From the NCBI GenBank assembly GCA_951406725.2, contig OX597820.1, positions 80,414,001 to 80,478,000 of the forward strand: a DNA stretch of 64,000 bases. Reading direction: 5' to 3'. How positions within the stretch are numbered: position 1 is the stretch's first letter; each line of letters begins with the position of its first letter. A model generated the notes under the pieces. It was given only the letters and a program-made list of their open reading frames with translations, was not told the DNA's origin and did no database searches. Of the stretch, positions 24,804-38,843 are shown one piece after another. Source of the stretch: Octopus vulgaris (taxonomy: Eukaryota). Position numbers and translations under genes: made by a program.

Positions 24804-25254
24804 ACTCCAAGCGCTCTATCTGTTGCCAACAACTGCTAAAGGCGACATGGAGGACACGGATGAAAGGATTGGTGATAGACACTTTCATTTCCGGCAAAGG
24901 CTTGAGTAACATTTTGTCTCCCTTCTACGAAGGAAAATAAGGCTAGAAAGGAAGTGCCTGTCATCGGACAGGTTTGGTAAAAGATGGAGGCAAGTGGTTC
25001 GCATGCTGGGAATGAATGGTCCTACGTGAGTGCTATCCATGACAAGTTAAACAAAAGGCTCAATGGTGGAACGTTTCTTGCGGGGTCGGAACAGTTCCCC
25101 CACTCCATTGTGTTGTGATTTTGTCTGTCCCTTCATTCGATTTATATTATCATAAATTTTTAACTGCATTTTTGTGTAATAATATCCGATACCCTGACCT
25201 CGAATTCATTTTTGCACTGTCCCCTCTTTGTTTGGCCCTGTGGCTCGAATAAAA
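24804..25254 (+). mobile_element. Tx1-clade 3' fragment inserted into a family-A SINE, 16-bp TSD
   Basis: WRTRMKGLVIDTFISG...LRRKIRLERKCLSSDRFGKRW is homologous to the protein at 37900-38254. TSD 24788-24803 vs 25255-25270 (14/16). Confidence 0.7.
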
Positions 25255-25810
25255 TTCCTTTTCGATTTACGTTCTGATTTCAAGTCCCATCGGGATCACC
25301 TATACTCTTTACCCACCTGTGGTCAATAAAATGAAATACCAGTCAATTCTAGGGTCGATGTAATAGATTTCTCCCTCTCCCACCCCCACCCGCCCGAGCC
25401 CTTAAGGTCGGTTTCCATGGCGTATAAGTGACCGAGATCGCAACATTCTTTCTGAACGGGATGTATTCCGTTGCAGGGTTCGAGGTCAGGAATTTTAAGG
25501 AGAGGAGAAGAGTCGATTATATAGATCCCCGGTTCATGACTGGTATTTTACGAGTATTTTATCGACCCCGAAGGGATGAAAGGGGAAATTCGACCTCGGT
25601 AGAAGAAATTTAAACTCAGATCGTAAAGAACTGGAAGTGATGCCGTTAAGCATTTTGTCCGACGCGCTAACAACTCCGCCAGCTCGCTGCCTCATACCCT
25701 TTCAAAATTGTGGGTTTTGAATTTGAGATGAATATTATTAGAATGTAGCAACCAAAATGTGTTTTTATAGGTCGCTTCCATAAGCTTCATATTTCATTTA
25801 TCTACATCAC

Positions 25811-25853
<43 letters not shown>

Positions 25854-27404
25854 GATGACAACAAAATCAACAATAGAAATCATTGAGAATAAAAGCCACC
25901 AGTGAAGCAAATACTAATTACTGAAGTTCTTATTTCGATGGCGAGACAAATTATAGTTCTGCTAGGAGGTCTTAGACAAGAGGAAATGAGATTGTAAAAT
26001 TTTCATGGACATTAGCGACGAAAAATGAAATTAGTGCTGCCAACTGGTAATTGAAACACAATAATCATGACAACTTTCCATGACTAATTTTATTCTGATC
26101 GTTTCGTGGGCTAAAGTATAAGCAATACACGAAGCAACAAATAATTATAGGATAAAATACGTGGTTAAACATATTAAGTTAAAATCTGTCGCGAATATAG
26201 TCTCACTATGTCGGATTTTCTCCCAGTTTCTGTGGTATGGTAATGACTGAGAAGAAAAGGCTCTCCTCCAAAAAGAATCTAATCCGCCGCGAGGTTACCC
26301 CCACCACAACTTACTGTTGGCTTACGTTTCTGCTGAGTATACTAGACCAGATAAAGTGCGTGGCCCCAGTGGTTAGGGTGTTGCACCCCCGATGGCAAGA
26401 TCGGGGTTTCGATTACACTGTGCTCTTGAGCAAAACACTTCACTTCATGTTGTGCCATTCCACTCAGCTGTAAATTATTAATTTACTGCAATAATCTGGT
26501 GTCCTGTTCAGGGAGAATGTTTTGATCTCAGTGGAAACCAGGTATGAGCCTTAAGCCTCGAGACAGTACGGTTCTAGAGACTTGCAACTATATACACTAC
26601 GGAAACTTCAAATGAAGAACTTTGCTCCAGGTAATAAACTCACGACCACCAGGCTACATTCCTCCATAGAATAAGTGGTGAAGAAGAGTATTCATCGATA
26701 GATTGTTTTATGATTTTCCCACCAAGTACACTTTATAACTCCTGATCTAATTCCGGACTGATTATGCATCATCAGCGGAAGTTTGCTCAACATGTGATGT
26801 TCCATGCTGAGACTAATTTGTCGTTTATAAGGAATCAGGGAATAATTTAATTTATCTTTTAAAGAATCCTATTCCCCTCCCCACCCATAATTCTGTATAT
26901 TTATTTGAAGGCGGCGACCTGTTGTACAAAATGCTTAGCAGCATTTTTACTGGCATTACAGTGAGTAATGCTTTGCATTCCCCCACCCCGAGCCTTAGGA
27001 TCTTATAAGGCCGTGTTACTCGGGATCTCCTTGTTATATAAATGACCGAGATCACATTCCCTCTGAACGGGACACCGGTCCATTGAAGAGTTCAAGGCCA
27101 GTAGTTTTTGAGGGGAGAGGACGAGTCATTTACAACGACCCCAGTACTTGACTGGTACTCTACTTCATCAATCCTGGGGGAATTAAAAGCGTAGTCGAGC
27201 TCTGAAGAAGAAAGTTGAACGTAGAATGTAAAGAGCCGGAATAAATGCCGCTAAGCATTTTGTCCGATATGCCAACGATTCTGCTAGTTTACCATTTTCA
27301 TATTTTGATTAGAGGAGTTGATATATACTCTGCTGAATTCTAGCTGAGTCTTATAGCCAATGGAATAACAAGCTTAGGAATTTTAATATTATAATATTAC
27401 GTTT

Positions 27405-27483
27405 AGTCCGGGTTCAGTCCTACTGCGTGGCACTTTGGCCAAGTGTCTTCTACTATAGCCTCGGGCCTACCAAAGCCTGTGTA

Positions 27484-27573
<90 letters not shown>

Positions 27574-27603
27574 TGTATATGTTTGTGAAAGAAGCCCGTC
27601 GTA

Positions 27604-27676
<73 letters not shown>

Positions 27677-27880
27677 ATATGTTTGTGTGTCTGTGTTTGT
27701 CCCCCCAACATCGCTTGTTTACGTCCCCGTAACTTAGCGGTTCGGCAAAAGAGACCGATTGAATAAGTACTAGGCTTACAAAGAATAAGTCCTGGGGTCG
27801 ATTTACTCGACTAAAGGCGGTGCTCCAGTATGGCCGCAGTCAAGTGACTGAAACAAATGTAAGAGTAAAGAGTAAAGAGT
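27405..27880 (+). mobile_element. SINE family B with expanded internal microsatellites
   Basis: Head and tail match 24335-24740. Confidence 0.78.
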
Positions 27881-28484
27881 ACTTCACGAGGCATTCTCTG
27901 ACTCGAAATACGAAACTTACCCGGATGAATTTCAAACTGCACTTTTTAGTTTCTTTCTCTGTCCCAGACGCTTTTATATCCACTCCCTCGTGACCAACTG
28001 CTATGTGCTCACCACTCTATATCATAAATTGAATAGACAAACCAACAAATATTTATTACTGTGGAGATGACAAGAAAATAGTAGAAAATAGATGACAAAA
28101 AAATAGCGGAAAATAGGAGATGACAAGAAAATAGATTATATTCTTTGAGTATATAAGGCAGCGAGCTTGAAGAATCGATAGCACGTCAAACAATAATTCT
28201 TAGCAATATTTCTTCCTTCTATCGCATCGGCCTCTATAAAATAAAGTACCAGTCAAGTACTGAGGTCGATGAAATTGACTTGTCTCTCTCTTTTTAAAAT
28301 TGCTGGTGATGAATCTTGCACTGGACCGTCGTCCTTTTCAAAGGGAAATCTGATCTCGGTCACTCACTCGCTATGGAAAATATGTAACCCGTTCTAAAAG
28401 TACTAAAGTTCAAGGAAAAAAAAATCATATATAATATATAATACACACACAGATACATACATACATATACATATACATATGGGA

Positions 28485-28798
28485 GACCCCCGTCGGTCAT
28501 GACTGACCATGGGATTGCACCTAGAAAGTTACCATCCGAGGCACAAGTCCGAGCGAGGTTGTTTATGGAAGACCAGCAGTCGCCCATGCATACCAGCCTC
28601 CACTCTCCACGACACCAGTGTTATCCAAGGAAAAGGCAAAGGCCGATACAGCATGGCACTCATTTCTACAGCTGAGTGAACTGGAGCAACGTGAAATAAA
28701 GAGTCTTGATCAAGAACACAACACGCAGCTCGGTCCGGGAATCGAACTCACAACCTCAACGTCGTAAGTTTGACGCTCTAGCCACTGAGCCATGCGCC

Positions 28799-28800
<2 letters not shown>
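28485..28800 (-). mobile_element. SINE family C
   Basis: Minus strand AGGCGCATGGCTCAGTGG...GAGTTCGATTCCC; matches 5038-5370. Confidence 0.8.
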
Positions 28801-28868
<68 letters not shown>

Positions 28869-29130
28869 TATATATATTGTTGCTATTATGCAAAATTGTC
28901 GTAAGTCCAAAACGTTGCTTTTCCAGAAAACAAAAAAATAGTTTCACGATTCCATAGTAAAACTGTTGTACGAAACTTTGACAATTTTTGATATCTTGGC
29001 ATCTGAAGATCTGAAGTAGCTGCAGAACGATAGTTTGACCTAAAGAATCGGCTATTGCAAGCAAAAATAAATATTGAAAAAACCGCATTTGGCCAAATTT
29101 AGATATACAATAGTTTAACATAATAGCAAC

Positions 29131-29260
<130 letters not shown>

Positions 29261-29433
29261 TACACACACACACTTTATTTGGCATCGTCGAGATTCCTTT
29301 ATTTATCTTACATTTTATTTCTTCACTTTAGACATATGCCATAGCTGCGAGAAATAAATAATTATTTGTAATTATTTATTCAGCACTGTTAAACGAGTTG
29401 AGATGTACTTTATCTTCTTGAATTATCACTTTG

Positions 29434-29494
<61 letters not shown>

Positions 29495-29574
29495 AGAAAC
29501 ACCTTGAAATACATTACTGGAATTGTTCTCGACAATAGACTTTAATAAGCCAGAAAAGCAATTTAGCACCCACG

Positions 29575-29613
<39 letters not shown>

Positions 29614-29801
29614 CTGAGTATTCACTTACATATATACGTATGTATTTGTGTGTGTGTGTATTTATATATATATGTGTGTATATATATAGTAGTAACAGAA
29701 AAGAGGAATTTCGATTATCCCCACGTGGTGAGTTGTAATGTATATAAGAAATTAAAAAAGGAAAATACGCACACTTACATAGTTCTAATATAATTTTTAA
29801 T

Positions 29802-29836
29802 ATATCGACCGGTTTCGCTATCGCTATTCATGATAT
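29802..29836 (-). ncRNA. Minimal type I hammerhead ribozyme motif (A3-U8 core)
   Basis: AUAUC AUGAAUA GC GAUA GC GAAA CCGG UC GAUAU: 5-bp stem I, 2-bp stem II, palindromic stem III, GUC site, followed by ATTAAA. Lies in a ~150-bp island between (TA)n tracts. Confidence 0.65.
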
Positions 29837-30590
29837 TATCATACAACTACAGCATATATATATATATATATATATGAACCCGGAACCATGTGGTTGGGAA
29901 TATCGTCAGGTTCCACTCTGTGCCCACATAGACTCTTGCGCTAGAAATAAAAACCCCAAATTTCTTATATTCCCTTTCTATCAATGTAAAGACAGAATCT
30001 CTACACAAGAAAGAATAAAAAATTAGAATCTTTTCATTGAAAAATTCCAAACGCTTCTTAATATGCAAACTCCATGGTGACCGTATTCCTTCTTTTTCTA
30101 GCCTACCTAATTAGATACATATACATTTGTTACTTATATTTCTAAGAACGGACATAAGCATTCTGTAGACAAAAACAATTCAGCATTCCAATTAAAAAAT
30201 ATAAGACCCACAGAATTGTCTCCCCTTACCCACAGGAACTGGATAACTCCTACCCCATTTCCTGTTTGACACATAAACATCCAACGTTCTCGAACAAAAC
30301 ACTACACTGAAACACATGCATCCTAATTCTTCAAACAAGTTTTTCCATGGAATACTATTGAACTTTAAGAGCTTAAAGACACTGTGATGCATTGGTATAT
30401 TTATTTATTTGTTTTTATATATATTTATAATTTTTTTTTAAAAAAAGCATTATTTCCCCACCTTTCTTATCCTGAAAATTTGCTATGCAATGGAAGCTGG
30501 TTTGAGATCTTTTTTAATCTTTCTTACACCCATTTATATTAAAATTTGCTTTCATTTTAGCATTCTGCCTTATTATTATCATTTTCCTTT

Positions 30591-30666
<76 letters not shown>

Positions 30667-30943
30667 CATATACATGTAGTATATTTTACGTCATGTGAGC
30701 AGGACCCTCCGTTATAGGTTTTGAACAAGCTGATCATTGATTCGCCGTACTTCCGATGGTTAAAGGGGCTAGAGTTGGTCTGGCCTGTACAAATTTGGTG
30801 GATTAAATACCACAAGTTATTCGTAATCGCTGAGATGGCTTCTCTTTCAGCACATAATAGAAGAGACTTTTCCAAGAGGGTTCATGAGTGGGATCGAAAG
30901 CACACCATGGAATTACGAAGCGAACGTCTTACATACACCACTA

Positions 30944-30981
<38 letters not shown>

Positions 30982-32659
30982 TGTGTTTGTGTGTGTGTAT
31001 GTGTGTGTGCTGCGCGTGTGCAGTATTTGTCTATAATGTCCTATACTTTCTCTTCTCTCTGTTCGTCACGTGCATGCGCGCGAACAACCAATCAAAGGTG
31101 CACACGCATAGTAAACACCGGCAGTTGTTATTAATAACCAATCGTTTTCCCTCAGATCCGTTGGTGATAAACCCTTCTTTTCCATTGAATTTTACTAAGT
31201 TACATTACTGGTTTTTTTTCTGAACCTTAAAGAAACCATAGATGTAGCTAATTATCAAATATTGTATTCCAATGTTGAACTGACAAATCATATCGGATTG
31301 CGTTCAGGAGATTCGCAGATTCGGCAAAGCAAAAGCTTGCAGGATAGATCGTTATTTTGAACTTCACACAAAGAACAAGATACACATCATTAACAATTTC
31401 CCTTGCATATAAATAAATTGTCGCTAAGATTATCAAGAAATGTATGTCTTTCCTACTAGATTTCATAACACACTATAAAATATGTCTTTTGTCCGACTCA
31501 AAATTTACGCATTCTTCCAAATATCAGAGATATGATTACATATTTCAAACACACGAATTTTACTTGAAGACTGAACGATGAGCAATTTAACCTAGTTTCG
31601 GGAAATATTGAAACGGGGTGAATATTCCTCACGAATGAAGATGTGTGTTTTCTGAGAATGACTTTCAAACTAAATCTAGTAGTGGTTTGGAAAATATAGC
31701 ATTTTAAGGGTGTGGAACCATCTCTTAACGATTATTGTTATAAAGTCTACTCTGACCCGGAGCAGCAGCACCTGCCAAGATCCCAGCTATGGGGTTAATT
31801 TGTATGCCACAGAAGTACCATCAGAAGGTCACCCACAGACATCTACAAAGGATCCGGGGTAGATCATCAAATCCTGCATCAAGGTGGCTACTGAACTCGT
31901 GGCACCACTTGCACCAGACTAACACGAGTTTGAAGGATGAGAGAGTGGAACTGGTTCTGCACAAACCATGTCCACTTTAATGATATTCATCGGGCAAGTT
32001 GTCCAACAAACCAAAAAGCAGCAGCATCACACTTTCTTCATAAATCCAGCAGTGATAAGGAAAAAGGTGATGGTGACAGGCAGATGATGCTACTTGAAGT
32101 CTTCAGTCCTAACTCTACACGCAAGCGGCCAAAGGGCGATGGTCATTTTCCATAGACTTGGGAACACCGTGAAGATGTGTCTTGCTGGACTCTCATTCGT
32201 CGAAGTGATGAGGGAATCCATAATGAAAATATATATTAGCGATTTATCAACCACAAAATACACGCGTTTAAAATACGCTTCGATTTTTCTGGAATGCTTA
32301 ATTGATGCATTTAAACGCTAATACTGCTGTACTTTAAAGCAAACAGTTTTCGTGTCTCTTGGGAGTCCGGCTTAAGTTTGTCTATTTCTTAATAAACGTT
32401 ATTAAACTACATGGAGTTCAGAATGAATCATCGATTTCCATATATTTATTGTTATCTTAAACTGGAAATAAAGTCTTGATCTATTTTTTAGATGATCACT
32501 TTGAAGGTAGTTTCTTCTACATTCTAATCCTTTGCGGATTACTTTATGTTACAGAGGTTATATTCGTTTCTATTTTACCCTTTTAAATGAGTTTAGATCC
32601 GACCCATATCAGGTACTGCACGCTGTATGAATTCAAAAGGGGTTCTTCAGCAATGGGAG

Positions 32660-33560
32660 TGCATGAAAATGTATGGAAATGAAGCTTTAAGTGCAGGAAC
32701 ATGCCAACGGTGGTTGGGCCAGCTTTGATGAGGAAATGTTTCTTTCGCAGAATCCTCTCGATGTGAACGACCAAATTCTGTCAGTTCTGAGCTTCTGAAA
32801 ACCACAGAAGAAGGAACTCCAAAGCAAACTGCATGAGAATTAGCAAAGTTCTTCACTTCAAGCCACACTTTTATCCTAAAACACCTTCATGAACGAGGAA
32901 AAGTGTCTTAACTTGGTCAGTGGGTACCTCATCATTTGACAGCTTCTCAGCTTAATCAAAGAGTTGCCTTCTCTTCGTCATTGAAGAGTAGACGAGTTAC
33001 CAAACCTATCCCGGAGTAGAATTATCAGAGATGATGAAAAGTGAGTTCTCTGTAATCATTTCCAACGAAAACAACAATGGTTAGCAAAAAACCAAGACCA
33101 CATTCGAGAAAAAATAATGCTCTGCGTTTGGTGGAAAGATATGAATGGAGTCGTCTATCACGAAGGGTTAAACCATAACGAAACAGTTGGTGCAGAGAAG
33201 CATTGTCGTCAATGGAAGCACAAAAATTTGGAGAAAAAGCACCCATCATTGGTCAATTGTAAACGGGTGTTGTTGCAAGACTTCATATTAACCAGGTCAC
33301 CCAAGAAAAGATTACGGCACCAAATATGGAAGTTGTGCTTCATCCTCCTTACTCTACTGACTTTGATCGATCAAACTATTATCGTTTCAATTCATTGCAC
33401 CGTTATTTAGAAGGAAAACGGTTGTGAAGAAGTAAAAAAATTATATCGAGGGTCTCTTTGCTTCAAAACCTGAAGAATTTTATGCTCAAGGGAAAGGCAA
33501 TTTGCCAAATAGGTAGGATTTTGTTATCAGTAATGAGGTGGAAATAACGTCTTGATCAAA
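32660..33560 (+). mobile_element. Highly decayed mariner transposase
   Basis: GQWVPHHL, DEK, KIMLCVWW and HPPYS (YSPDL-like) motifs across frameshifts. Confidence 0.8.
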
Positions 33561-34479
33561 TATATACCTTGAGATTAAAAAGAAGCGATCTTCTTTTCAG
33601 CTTAATACATCGCTGCATACATTTGCCTCACATAACGCCTCTGTGTGTATGTGTGTGTATATGATATTTGCCATGCGGTAAAACAATCAGTGAAAGTATT
33701 GTAGCTTATATGTAATATTAGAAGTATTTTGCAGATGCAATGAGAATATTATCTTAAATGTATTAAATTTAGCAAAGATCGAAGAAATGTAGAAAACCTG
33801 TATTAGTGAATATTATGCAAATATATAGGTAAAGATGGTTTAAAGTGTTTGCTACGAGGAAAACAAATTGGGTTAGACATAACTAGATTTACTTTTTCCA
33901 TCTCAGACGATTTAAGCTAGCTTTACATGTGTGTCTGTGCTTGTGTTTCTGTATGTATGTATGTATGTATGTATGTATGTATGTATGTATGTATGTATGT
34001 ATGTATGTATGTATGCATGTATGCATGTATGCATGTATGTATGTATGTATGTATGTATGTATGTATGTATATGTATAGAAGCAGGTAGATTTATATATGT
34101 ATATTAATAATTACAAACACATGCAAAAGGCGTAGAGCTGGCGGAATCGTTAGCACACCGGATAAAATGCTTAGCGGCATTTTGTCCGTCCTTACATTCT
34201 AAATTCAACTTCCGCCGGGGTCGACTTTACCTTTAATTTTTTCGGGTACCAATTCCCGAAAGTACCAGTGTTCCAGTTGAACACTAAGTACCAGCTGAAT
34301 ACTGAGGTCGATGTACTCGACTTAGCCCCTGCCCCCCAAATAGCCAGCCTTGTGCCAAAAATTGAAGCCAATAACTACAACATGTACAACCACGCTACAG
34401 GGTGAGTCAAAAGTTCTTTTAGTGTTAATATAAATTGTCTAACAATCAACATCATTTGGGTTTCTTAATATATATATCA

Positions 34480-34635
34480 TCTCCTCTCTCTCCCTCCCCC
34501 CTCTCTCTCTTCCACACGACTCTCTCTCTCTCTCCACACGTCTCTCTCTCTTCCACACGTCTCTCTCTCTCTCTTCCACACGTCTCTCTCTCTCTCTTCT
34601 ACACCTCTCTCTTTCTCTCTTCCACACATCTCTCA
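34480..34635. repeat. CT-rich minisatellite, CCACACG(TC)n units
   Basis: Direct observation of about 6 units. Confidence 0.75.
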
Positions 34636-34779
34636 CTTCCTTACCACAGACTTCTACACCCACAACGTATTCCACGTTGATCGCCATTATTCAGGGATTC
34701 CAGGTGAAGTGGGCCACTACCCCGCCGATCATATTGATATCCGTCTCTCACAATAAACTATTCTGGTGGACTTAAGGTG

Positions 34780-36200
34780 TACCTAGGAACGAAGGCTAAA
34801 CTCACAGAGGCAGAAATCGCAGATGCGATTAAAGTACTCAAATGTGGTAAGGCTACTGGAGAGAACGAATTCCGGTCTAAGATTTGAAAGCTTTAAATAG
34901 AGAAGGTACTCTCTGGTTGATTTGTGCATGCCAGGTGGCTTGAACCTCTGGAAAGAAATGGTAACTTTTAGAAAAGGGAGACACAAGACAGTGCTTTAAT
35001 TATAGAGGAATTTCCTTCTCAAGACTATCTGGTGTCTGGAAAAGAGATGTAGAGAAATCGCTGAACTCAGATAAATTGGAAAACAGTGTGGCTTCCGTCG
35101 ATGGGCCCGACATTTCTTAGATAGATCGCGGAAATATTACCAAGCGGTATACGCTTGCTTTGTAAACCTGGGAAAGGCATATGCTGTGGAGGATTCTGCA
35201 GGAGTTTGACATTGATGGGTAACTTCTGGTTGCCGTGAAGTCCTGATATGAATGTCCTGATGTTTAGGTTCGAGTAAATAGTGACAAGTCGAAAACTTTC
35301 AACCTGAAAGTTGGGCTTAAGCAGTGGTACATATTATATCGTTTCCTTTTCATAATTTTCCTGAACTGGATTGGCATGAGCAGCCATTGTCGAAGTGGCA
35401 TCACAATCGGTAGGAGTAGGATCGCTCCCCTGATATTCGCAGATAACATGGTGCTACTTGGCTCATCAAAAGGTGATCTCTAGCATGCTCCGAATGGATT
35501 TATTGCCGAGAGCTGCAGGACAGGGATGAGAATTAGTGATGCGAAGACTGAGATACTGGTCCCCCCAAGAAAGGTCTTCCAGTGCACCCTGCATAATAGT
35601 GGAACATCTCTGAGGTAAGAGGAAAGTTTAAGCACCTGGGGATCGTATTCACAAGTGACGGAAGGTAAAAGGTCCTGGCAAAGAAATGCGCCAGCTTCAG
35701 CATTCAATTTTCAGAAAAGTAGAAGTTGATAAAACAATCAAAATTGCTATCTTTAGTTCAGTCTTCATGTCTATCTTATTCATCATCTTAATCATAGTGG
35801 TCTCAGTCTAATGACTGATGCAAATAAGGAGTAAAATGTAGAGGTATCCTCACTTATTGTCACGAATATTGGATGATGGGCGAAAGAAAACTCGCGAATA
35901 CAAGGGGCCGAATTGGGATTCCCGCGAGCGATTGCATAGCTAGGAGATAAGGAAGTCTCTGCAGGTCGAGCCACCATTCCTCTGCATTGAAAGGTCATGT
36001 CTATGGTATTACGAGCACGTGATTAGAATATCGCAGAAAAAGATCGCAAAACCAATTCTTCAAGCTGAATGAACAGGTAAGAGATCTAAAGGTGGAACAA
36101 GAATGAGATGTCTGGATAATATTTATAGTGTCTTATTGGTCATGCTTAAGAATCCAGCCGAAATCTGAAATAACTGTTGCTTCGGATAGGACCCAATGGA
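34780..36200 (+). mobile_element. Old, decayed RTE-clade LINE (RT region)
   Basis: Hand translation QCGFR, YACFVNLGKAY, KVGLKQ, LIFADNMVLLGSS; many stops. Confidence 0.65.
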
Positions 36201-36456
36201 GGATATCTAAAGGTAATGCAGTACGATCGTTTCATGCGACTTATTTAATTGAACAATGTGATTTCCTTACATCAATTTAAAATGCAGAGCAGTCTTCAGC
36301 TGCACAAAGATATAGAATTTAATTAAATTAGAAGGACTATGTCTTTGTGAAGCTGATGATTGCTCTACATTTTAAATTGACGTAATGAAATGATCGCATT
36401 GTTCAATTAAATGGAGTCGCATGAAACGATCGTACTGCATTACCTCTAGATATCCT
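36200..36456. repeat. ~255-bp palindromic fold-back (MITE-like)
   Basis: AGGATATCTAAAGGTAATGCAGTACGATCGTTTCATGCGAC... / ...GTCGCATGAAACGATCGTACTGCATTACCTCTAGATATCCT. Confidence 0.85.
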
Positions 36457-37254
36457 TGTTGCTTATTTTGATTTTATACATCTTGTTTTGAAATTGTATG
36501 GATAATACCGTACTAAATTCTGGTGCCTCAACTTAAGTACCGTATTCATCTGAATCTAAATTTTTACATACATACTTATATATAATCCAAACGATAAGAC
36601 AAAGAAAGACACATCTTTAACGATCAGTTACAATTGTTTCTGTACCACTTTGCTTTCTACGCCAGTTCACACAAAGGTTCCAAGTGGAAAATTACATAAT
36701 ATTTGTAGTTTTCGACATTAGAGTGGCAACTTCCTCAGACCTGCATCAAAATTGCATTCTTACAAAAGCGCGCTCTTACATTGTGCCAATAGCTTTGGTG
36801 TGGTGGTGGTGGAAAAGACCTAAAGAGACATCGATTCCATTCAGAGACGGTGTATAGAAACATTCTCTGCACACAAGTCTTTATCCTGAAAATGCGTGTG
36901 TGCGTGTGTGTGTGTTTATATATATATATATATAGACATGTATATGTGCGTATATATGTGTGCGTGTGTGTGTATGTGCATACAGCTATTAATATAACGT
37001 GTCTCTAATAAACGTTGTATTAATATGTAATGCAAAATGAAATAAATTAAAAAGAAATGGAAAAGAAATTTGGATGTTTTTTTTTTACAAAGGAACACGA
37101 AAAGAATGTAAACATCATTACTTAGAATACGTTAGACAAACGAACCAAAGTACACACACGCACACACACACATACACATACACATACACATACATATGTA
37201 TGTATTAATGTGTGTGTATGTGTATATATATGTGTGCGTATGAATATGTATATT

Positions 37255-37330
37255 GATTGATAGATACATAGATGAATAGATAAATAGACAGACAAACAGA
37301 CATATAGATAGATAAATAGATAGACAGATG

Positions 37331-37389
<59 letters not shown>

Positions 37390-37469
37390 GGATGGATGGA
37401 TAGATAGATAGATAGATGGATAGATAGATAGATAGATAGACAGACATAAATAGATAGATAGATATATAA

Positions 37470-37525
<56 letters not shown>

Positions 37526-37547
37526 GCAAACAGACGGACAGACAGAC

Positions 37548-37612
<65 letters not shown>
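37255..37612. repeat. (GATA)n/(GACA)n compound microsatellite
   Basis: Direct observation. Also at 38607-38820, 58237-58310 and 61030-61200. Confidence 0.95.
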
Positions 37613-37613
<1 letters not shown>

Positions 37614-38606
37614 CTTCCTTTATTGGCCACACAGGGCTGAACACAGAGGGGACAAATAAAAATGTAGAGCTTTTCTTTTCGAAAATGAAAAAAAAGCGGG
37701 GAAATAAGAAAAAAAGTAAAATTCCGATCAAAAATGATCGGGAAAAAATAAACAAAATATAAAGAACGATCAAAAGGGTTCGTGTATCACAGAAGAGTTT
37801 TAAAAACGTAAAAAGTAAGATTAAGTTTATCCGTGGCAAGAAAAACCTACGGAAAAGACCGCGGTAACCTCTCTCTCTCTCTCTCTCTCTTTCGATTTAC
37901 AGGGTCATGTTCAAAACGGTTTCGACACCCAGACATTCACCCACCATTTTTGAAACTTTTACTAGACAAAACCTGCCTCTCCATTCTCACCTTCCTTTTC
38001 AAGTGCTACTTGAAAAAGTTGATGAGCGATTGGCCAGAGAGGTAGGTGTTTGTCTCTAATCCTTTCGCTCGAGTCCACCACACACATTCTTTCACCATGG
38101 CCCCCAGTACGATGAAGACTGCCTTGCCTTCCCGGTTGAGGGAAGTTGGCAGACTAATTGTCACGATAGACTCGGCTGACAGGCGGACTCGTCCCACACG
38201 TGACAGAAATCGTTCGGCATAAGCCCACAGGCCCGAAATGGTTGGACACAGCACGAGTGCGTGCAGAACGGTTTCGTCGCTCTGACTACATCTCGAGCAA
38301 GTCGGTCCAGTGTGTCTCGAAGCCTGTAGAGCTTATCCCGAACAGGTAATGCTTGTCGATAGCACTACCAAGCCAGGGATCTTCGGTGATTGTCCATAGG
38401 TCCCGGCCCGAAAGTTGTCCTGAACAGGCAGGTCAGGTATTCCTCGTCGACAACCAGATTCTGCCCGAGAACGTCGTCGCACCTCCCGTCCACTAATCCT
38501 CTATAGAACGCCTTTGTTGTAATGAAGTCGCACAAGTTTGGTCCCGGACGGCAGAGTTGCTTGAGAGCAACGCGACACTCGCGGTGCCATTCGCCTAGCC
38601 TCGGTC
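37613..38606 (-). mobile_element. 5'-truncated Tx1-clade (L1 group) non-LTR retrotransposon
   Basis: ORF2 C-terminus SLAW*CYRQALPVRDKL...CSRCSQSDETVLHALVLCP (CCHC) ...VKECVWWTRAK. 3' UTR ends AATAAAGGAAG then (TATC)n. Confidence 0.8.
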
Positions 38607-38666
38607 TAGATAGACAGAGAAATAGATAGATAGACAGACAGACAAATAGATAGATAAACAGATAGA

Positions 38667-38801
<135 letters not shown>

Positions 38802-38843
38802 GTATAGGTAGATAGATAGATAAATACATACATACATATATAC

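Noticed and set aside
28730-28800. tRNA gene
   Set aside because: A and B boxes are present but continue into a repeated SINE body, with no convincing acceptor stem. The same holds for the other SINE heads.
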